Below, in pieces: positions 55,647 to 64,000 of a stretch of 64,000 bases of DNA (position 1 is the stretch's first letter; each line of letters starts with the position of its first letter). The position numbers were made by a program, and so were the translations under genes. Location of the stretch: assembly GCA_951406725.2 (NCBI GenBank), contig OX597820.1, positions 118,978,001 to 119,042,000 of the forward strand, read 5' to 3'. The notes under the pieces are model-generated. The model worked only from the letters and a program-made list of their open reading frames with translations. It was not told the DNA's origin and ran no database searches. Origin of the DNA: Octopus vulgaris (Eukaryota).

Positions 55647-55786
55647 AGTATATATATATATATGTGTGAATGTGTATGTGTGTAAATATATGTTTATATA
55701 TATAAGTATATATATATGTGAATGTGTATGTGTGTAAATATATGTTTATATATGTAAGTATATATATATGTGAATGTGTATGTGTG

Positions 55787-55828
<42 letters not shown>

Positions 55829-55877
55829 TATGTGAATGTGTATGTGTATAAATATATGTATATATATATATATATAA

Positions 55878-55921
<44 letters not shown>

Positions 55922-55959
55922 GTGTGTATGCTTACAATTATGTGAGTGTATGCGGTGAG

Positions 55960-55996
<37 letters not shown>

Positions 55997-56320
55997 ATAT
56001 ATGCACATAGCTATACATACACTATTGTAGAAGGACTTTTAGGTTTATTATATGAACATTGTATGTTCTCCACAGAACTCCATTTTGTTTTCCTAGTAAT
56101 TTGTACGATAGTCAGAACAAAGCTTGTTCAACAGACACTCGTTGTTATGTCTCGTTCTTAACAATAGGAAAGAACAATAGTTCCTGACACTGAAGAACAC
56201 AAATAACTTTTACTATTTTCAAGATGAAGAGATTCTGTTGTTTTCAAGAAAAACTTTGAAAAATGCAAAATTTTGAAGATAGAATGTATTCTAATGAATG
56301 ATGTGTTTAATAATTATTTC

Positions 56321-56744
56321 GGATCTTTTCGGTTTGAACGGCAGTTTTTAACATAATTTCTAGGTAACTAAAAAACTTTAAATTACGTATACTGGTAGAA
56401 TGTGTTTATTAAACATTTTTTTCTCTTGCCTTTATTGAGAAAATTCGATAGTTTGTAAGATATTTGTTTTTTTTCTTCAATTTCTGCAATTTCAACCAAT
56501 CACTGACGTCTATTGAGGTAAAAAAAACATTCTGTGCCGTATGAATATGTCCCTCGTTTATGAAACTGATTGGGTTTATTTACATTTGTGAAGAAAAAAG
56601 ATACCCTTCCCCCACCCCTAACCCTAACTAACCCTAACCCTAAAACAGATTGAAATGCAATAGATCGATACTAGGGTCATATTTATGGGTGACAATTTCA
56701 TATGACACCGCTAGAAAAAGCTGCCGTTCAAACCGAAAAGATCC
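56321..56744. mobile_element. Complete MITE with 24-bp TIRs, 8-bp TSD and internal CCCTAA repeats (Merlin-like termini)
   Basis: TIR GGATCTTTTCGGTTTGAACGGCAG / CTGCCGTTCAAACCGAAAAGATCC; TSD ATTATTTC at 56313-56320 and 56745-56752. Confidence 0.92.
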
Positions 56745-56839
56745 ATTATTTCTAGTATTACGGAATTATGGTCAAACAAAACTACGATCAAACGTCTTCT
56801 TTTCTTCCGCTACTGCTGCTGTTACTAATTTGGAGGCGG

Positions 56840-58105
56840 GAAACGCTTATACTATCGACCAAACTTCTTGACCGGTATCTTATTTTATCAAGCTGTAGGG
56901 ATGAAAGGTAAATAAAACCTCAGGAGAATGTGAACTCATAATCTTGAGTGATTTGAGCCAAGAATAAAGCGTTTTCCACGATGTTTTAACTATTTTGTCA
57001 GCTCATCGCCCTAAAAGATTGATTTCTGATTTAGGCACAAGATCTGCATTTTGAAGGGGTGGGAGATTGTTGACACTATCGACCTCAATACGCAACCGGT
57101 ACTTCATTCTGCGAGCTGGCAGAAACGTCAGCACGCTGGGCGAAATGCTTTGCGGTATTTCGTCTGCGTTACGTAGTGAGTTCAAATTCCGCCGAGGTCG
57201 ACTTTGCCTTTCATCCTTTCGGGGTCAATAAATTAAGTACCAGTTACGCACTGGGGTCGATGTAATCGACTATATACCTATGTCGGTCCTTTGTTTCTCC
57301 CCTCTGTGTTTAGTCCCTTGTGGGTAATAAAGAAATAGGTACTTCATTCTCTCGAATCTGTAACGATGAACGATATAACTAACACCGTTAGAGTTGAACT
57401 AATAATGGTTTCTAGATCAGCAACAATGCCAGGTGCTTTTATTTAGTGAGTGAAATTAATTGACCCCATGGTCTCCAATACATGACTGGTATCTTATTCA
57501 ATCGACTCAAAAGGTACAAAAGTTAGTCCCTGCGGGATTAGATCTCAGGACATACAGCATCGTACGAAATACGGCAATTCATTTCTCCGACACTTCAACG
57601 TTTCCACTAGCTCACTGCTTTGAAGTATAACAACAAAAGTAATAAAAAACAATAACAACGATAATAAAAGTATATTAATATTGATTTCAAATTTTGTTAG
57701 AAGGCCTGCAGTTTCGGGGTAAGGGCTCCCCATCAGTTTTCAACTAGAACTTATATCATTGGCCATGAAAGACGGAAAGACAAAGTCAACCACGGCGGAA
57801 TTTCAATTCAGAAAGTAATAACGGACGAAATGCCGCTAAGCATTTCCCATGATTCCCCGTTAAAGATTCTCTCGGCTGACCTCCTTAAAGAATATTAATA
57901 TTAATATATTCATGATGATATAAGCACAAGCCCTTTAATTTGAGGGAAGCGGGTTAGGAAAAACTATGTCTTCATAATTTTACTCGTACATAGTTTTTTT
58001 TATGGGACCAGAAAAGATAAAAAGCTATGTCGACATCGGCAGAATTTGAAATCAGAACATAAAGACCGACGAAATGCTGTTAAGAATTTTGCCTGCAGTG
58101 CTAAA
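56840..58105 (-). mobile_element. Cluster of about 5 old family A-like SINE remnants in the same orientation
   Basis: Recurrent degenerate (CT)GGTAYYT...GGATGAAAGG...GAATTTGAA...GAAATG/AC motifs near 56870, 57090, 57485, 57745 and 57985. Confidence 0.6.
57111..57337 (+). mobile_element. Young SINE family A with 13-bp TSD nested in an older antisense copy
   Basis: TSD GGTACTTCATTCT at 57098-57110 and 57338-57350. Confidence 0.92.
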
Positions 58106-58106
58106 G

Positions 58107-58241
<135 letters not shown>

Positions 58242-58290
58242 TTACATTATTTACATTCGACGGATATTTGCCCTCATCTTGTTTGTTGTT

Positions 58291-58336
58291 AACACAAAGT
58301 TTCGGCTGATATACCCTCCAGCCTTCTTCAGGTGTC
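58291..58336 (-). ncRNA. Minimal type I hammerhead ribozyme with canonical core
   Basis: Minus strand GACAC-CTGAAGA-A-GGCTG-GAGGGTATAT-CAGCC-GAAA-CT-TT-GTGTT; in a roughly 145-bp element (58241-58385) between (TAA)n and (TTA)n. Confidence 0.75.
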
Positions 58337-58392
58337 TTGGGGAAATTTCGAACCTGGCTTCGCATTCCTAAGTTATTTTTTCGATGTTGTTG

Positions 58393-58440
<48 letters not shown>

Positions 58441-58520
58441 TTATTATTATTATTGTTCAGGTCACTGCTTGGAATCGAGCTCGGAGTCTTGGGGTTAGTA
58501 GTTCGCTCTCTTAACCATTA

Positions 58521-58765
58521 TATATTGGCTATTACCGGTGATAATGTCGAACCCAAAGCTAAATCCTCTTCTTGTCAATATATATCAGTGTCCATACTGA
58601 AGGAGGTAGTTTCTACACAGAAGGTCAACATTTCCATTAAGTTTCTTATTGGTTTACTAGTGCGTTATTTTAGATAGGTGTCTGTCACTAGTTTTTCTTG
58701 TATCACCGATAACGCTTCACCAGTTGGGACTTTGGTGAAGAGGCTTATAACATCTAGACTCACAC
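58521..58765 (-). pseudogene. Penelope-like element RT fragment
   Basis: VSLDVISLFTKVPTGEAL...L.FCVETTSF..D.DIY*QEEDLALGSTLSPVIANI, i.e. PLE RT motifs A and B, with two in-frame stops. Confidence 0.88.
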
Positions 58766-58867
58766 GAGAATGAAACCATTCTCCAGTTGTAATTTTTCGC
58801 AATTTTGTGCTCCATACACCACTGGTAATATATAATATAATTCCAATAGCAACGTACAAATCATGAT

Positions 58868-58902
<35 letters not shown>

Positions 58903-59232
58903 TTACTACTACTACTAATACTACTGCTGCTACTACTGCTGCTGCTACTACTACTACTACTGTTGCTGCTGCTACTACTACTACTACTACTGCTGCTGCT
59001 GCTACTACTACTACTGCTACTACTACTAATATTACTACTACTGCTACTACTGCTGCTGCTGCTGCTGCTACTACTACTACTACTACAACTACTACTACTA
59101 CTACTACTACTACTACTGTTGCTTCTCTTGTAGTCACTCTTATTCAATGATCTCTTGATCGTGGTCTTTGTTTCAGACATTACTTGTATTAGTACGCCTA
59201 CGTATATATCATTACCTTTGAATTTTAGAGCT

Positions 59233-59296
<64 letters not shown>

Positions 59297-59321
59297 CATA
59301 TATATATACATATATATATAA

Positions 59322-59641
<320 letters not shown>

Positions 59642-59670
59642 GAGAGAGAGAGAGAGAGAGAGGTATACAT

Positions 59671-59830
59671 ATAGTTGAAATTTACAAAAAAGCAAGACAA
59701 GAATGAAATCGGGTGCGTAAACAGCAAACAGATGTATTAGTTTAACGCTCGGGAAGTGAGAAAGTCTGTTATGTTTCGAGCCTACGCTCTTCAACAGAAA
59801 GGAACACAGGAATAATGAGAGAGAGAGAGA
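59671..59830 (-). mobile_element. Hammerhead-like mini-element family H1
   Basis: 59765-59803 minus strand: TTCCTTT-CTGTTGA-A-GAGC-GTAG-GCTC-GAAA-CA-TA-ACAGA. Confidence 0.75.
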
Positions 59831-59873
59831 AAATAAAATAACATACAATAAAAATAAAATAAAATACATTTTG

Positions 59874-59981
<108 letters not shown>

Positions 59982-60199
59982 GGTATGTATATATGTGCGT
60001 GCGTGTGCGTGTTTCTATAAAAGAGAGTTCCTTCTTTCAATGTTTTTCTTATCACTTAAGCGATTCTATTTTAATTACCGAATATCCAACAGACGGTACC
60101 TATCATACAAACAAAGCGTTCGTTCACACACCCACATGCGCACAAACATACAAACACAAGCACACACGTGAACTTACATATATAAGCATACATTTGTGA

Positions 60200-60234
<35 letters not shown>

Positions 60235-60264
60235 ATATGTATGTATATATATTTATATATATGC

Positions 60265-60359
<95 letters not shown>

Positions 60360-60732
60360 ATATATACATATATATTCAGATATTCACTTATATATGAATA
60401 CAGATGCAAATACCTTCTCCCGAATAACCGTGCTCATAAACGTACACATATGTGCGTGTGTGTGCGTGTGTTTGCGTGCGTTTGTATATATGGATTGAAT
60501 ATGCGTATAATTTTGTATTTTCTGTATTTTTCGTATATAATATTTTGTATTTTTATCAATTATATTCTTCATTTATTTTCATAAGTAATATTCGAAGGAC
60601 AAAAGCCAAACCAGTGCACGTTCACACCTCACGCCAATATTATACATACATAAACGTACACAATTTCAAATGTATATATATATAAGTAGATATATAGATA
60701 TGTATACATACATACTCGCATACTTACAAATT

Positions 60733-60786
<54 letters not shown>

Positions 60787-61242
60787 TATAAATTCTTACT
60801 CATAGTTAACCATATACTCTGTATATGTTTGCGTGTGTCCGTGTACTGCCAAACTGTTTTAGCACACTACGTACACATAGATAGAAATTTTCACAGATAT
60901 ACATGACAAACCAGAGAGAAAACAACAAATGAGAAAACAAAAATGGTAAATATGAGAATAAAAATGTTAAAACATTAGAAACAAACATATTTCTGAAAAG
61001 TTAGAAAAGAAACAAAAACGAACGGAAACAAAACAACACCAATAAAACCTGTTATATGTTGAAATGCGACATATTGTCTAACAAGTATAAAATATATATC
61101 ATTAATTAATGCCCCCGAGTAGACACTAGGTTGTTCTTGTCTTGTGTTTAAATTCTTTTATGTAATATTTATGACTTCAATAATTATCTTGTCTTTCTCT
61201 TAAATTTAATATTCTATATTTAATAGTAAATACAGTTATACA

Positions 61243-61456
<214 letters not shown>

Positions 61457-62324
61457 TATCCAGAGTAAGAAGGAGAGTGAGCGTGTGTGTGAGAGAGGGA
61501 CAGGGTGAGAGGCAGACAGGCAAAGAATGAAAGAGAGAGAGGGGGAGAGAGAGAGTCGGACAGATGGAAAGAGTGATGTTAATGAGAGAAGTGTGTATAT
61601 TCGTGGCGAATCAGTTCTGGTGACGAACTTTCGATTTCTATTTGAAGCCATTTCACTTCGTTTAGGTTGTGAATACTGATTATTATGGCCATCACAATCA
61701 CCATCATCAACATGCTTGTCTTGGTCATCACCGCCCAGGCCGTTGTCATCATCGTCATCAATGACGTCACCATAGTATTCATCATCATCATCTTTGTCAC
61801 CGTTATCATTATCATTATCATTAATATTACCATCATTATCATTAACGGCATTGTTATCGCGGGACATTATAAACCATATTCCCCCATTGTCTTGGCATTA
61901 TTCCTCTGCATCTTCCTGGCTGCCGACGTCATTTCCTTGATGGTGATGGTCGTAATTATTAATTTCATGTTGATGATGATGATGATTATGACGAAGAAGC
62001 TCATAATAAGGATAATCACCGCCTATACCTCAATAAACTCCACCACCACCACCACCAGCAACAACCTCATATAGGACAAATAATGATGTCCCATGTACAC
62101 ACATACACACACACACATACATTCATACATACATTAATACATGCATACATACATATATATCTGCAGAAAGAGAGAGAGAGTGAGAAAGAGAGAGAGATTC
62201 GTGTATATAGACATACCTTTATACACATATATATGTACACGCATAATATATACATATATATATATGTTTATGTATGCATGCATATATATATATATGTTTG
62301 TATGTATGTGTATGTATGTATGTG

Positions 62325-62465
62325 AATTCGCGAAAAAAACAAAAGACGAAGGTAGGTGGTGTAGAAAACAAACAGATGTATTAGTATAACGCTTAGGAAT
62401 TGAAAAAGTCCTTTATGTTTCGAGCCCACGCTCTTCTACAGAAAGGAACACAGAAAGAAACAAGG
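62325..62465 (-). mobile_element. Hammerhead-like mini-element family H1
   Basis: 62409-62447 minus strand: TCCTTT-CTGTAGA-A-GAGC-GTGG-GCTC-GAAA-CA-TA-AAGGA. Confidence 0.75.
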
Positions 62466-63034
62466 TCCCGGCTGCTGAAGGTATGCTGTAGCACCGCACC
62501 GCCGTGATTTTGTACCTTTGTCAGAGTTTCCTTATTTGGTCTCTTTCTTCTGGGTTGTAGGATTGTTTTAATCACGACTGCTGCATGTGCTTTAATTCTT
62601 GTTGTTGGCCCATTTGATAGATGAGGAAGCTTGACATTGCAGTCTACAACATGACGGAGCGACAGTTAGTCTGCTATCGTGGATTGGAGAATGTCCAGTT
62701 CCTTTTCAAAGACATTCACATCCATATTGTCTATACTTAATTCCTTTTAATAGAGCAGCGGAAAGCTTTGAGCCTTAGAAACCTCAGCTATTAAAGTACG
62801 TGCTACAGAATCGTAAATGAAGGGGACGGTATATATGGTACGGTGCACTGGTGTCCATTTCGGGCAATTCCACAACACTTAACGTCGAAATTATGTACCA
62901 GCCCTGCTAATATTTTCCATATTTAGATTATTACACACACATTTATATGTGGAGTGCATAAAACTCTTAAGCGTGTACGTATGTTTTACGTGTTTGTAAA
63001 TTTAAGTATATGAAAGTTGGGAATATGCATATAC

Positions 63035-63095
<61 letters not shown>

Positions 63096-63450
63096 GTGTG
63101 TGTGTGTGTGTGTGTATACATATATATTAGCAGACTCTGCTAAAATGAATTCACAAATCTTTTTATCTCTGATGATAATATGCTCATATCGGGTAAATGT
63201 AAATTTAATGTTTATTGAGTAATAATAGAAACGGCTGTAAGTGAAGATGCCCAATTTGATGTTAATAAGAAACAATTATTAACTTCCCAATCTCCATTTT
63301 CTTTTCTTCTTTTAAATGGATATAAACTATATGTTTTTATATATTCCTAATATTTTATGGAACTTCGTTCCCCAAAATTGCTAGGCTTTCAACCAGTATT
63401 TCCTTGGATGAAACCATCCCTTCAGATGCGCTTAACACAAACTTTAATTA

Positions 63451-63555
<105 letters not shown>

Positions 63556-63689
63556 GAGCATGAAAGAGTGAGGGAGAGAATGCGAGAGAATACTCTGATG
63601 TTTACATACCGCTACGAAATCATAGTTCCTAAATTTAACGGCAAAAATTGTTAGTTATGTTGGTGTTAATCAGTTAGCACGCTTTTCCC

Positions 63690-63753
<64 letters not shown>

Positions 63754-64000
63754 TTGTTGTTGGTCCATTTGGTAGATGAGGAAGCTTGACATTGCTGCCT
63801 ACCACATCACTTGACATTGCCTCATCTACCACCGCACGCTCACACGGACCCCGGCCCTCCGAGTGCCTTGGATACCGAAATCCTGGATGTTTACACCTAC
63901 GGATTACTGTTACCATTCTTCCGGAGTACGCCACTGAAATCGTGATTGGAAATCAAAAAAATTTGTCCGTGACTCTTCCACTTTTTCCTTCTTTCCTGAC

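Noticed and set aside
56609-56643. CCCTAA repeats as a chromosome end or fusion site
   Set aside because: Only a few imperfect units, internal to a MITE.
63378-63430. Minus-strand CTGAAGG...GAAAGCCTA near (TA)n
   Set aside because: Core mismatch and unconvincing stems; possibly a decayed member but not supportable.

Overview
This is AT-rich eukaryotic non-coding DNA, very dense in microsatellites ((TA)n, (TATG)n, (TCTA)n, (CA)n, (TAA)n, (TTC)n, (GAT)n). The repeat landscape resembles a coleoid cephalopod, probably Octopus; this is inferred from the SINE and microsatellite style, not from a search. I found no host protein-coding exon, and nearly all long ORFs are translated microsatellites. 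The window is a transposon graveyard. It holds three abundant tRNA-headed SINE families (A, B, C here), decayed LINEs (RTE, CR1, Tx1, R4/Dong), several Penelope-like (PLE) RT and GIY-YIG remnants, and two Tc1/mariner fossils (DD34D and DD37D/maT). It also holds a non-autonomous Helitron, a MITE with GG ends, an 8-bp TSD and telomere-like repeats, a 0.9-kb foldback palindrome, and an orphan ITS2-28S rDNA fragment. The most notable signal is a set of about 10 short (140-210 bp) non-coding elements in or beside (TA)n/(TAA)n/(TCTA)n tracts. They carry minimal type I hammerhead-ribozyme folds, several with recurrent non-canonical cores (CUGU[A/U]GA and CCGANGA). Coordinates of degenerate elements are approximate.
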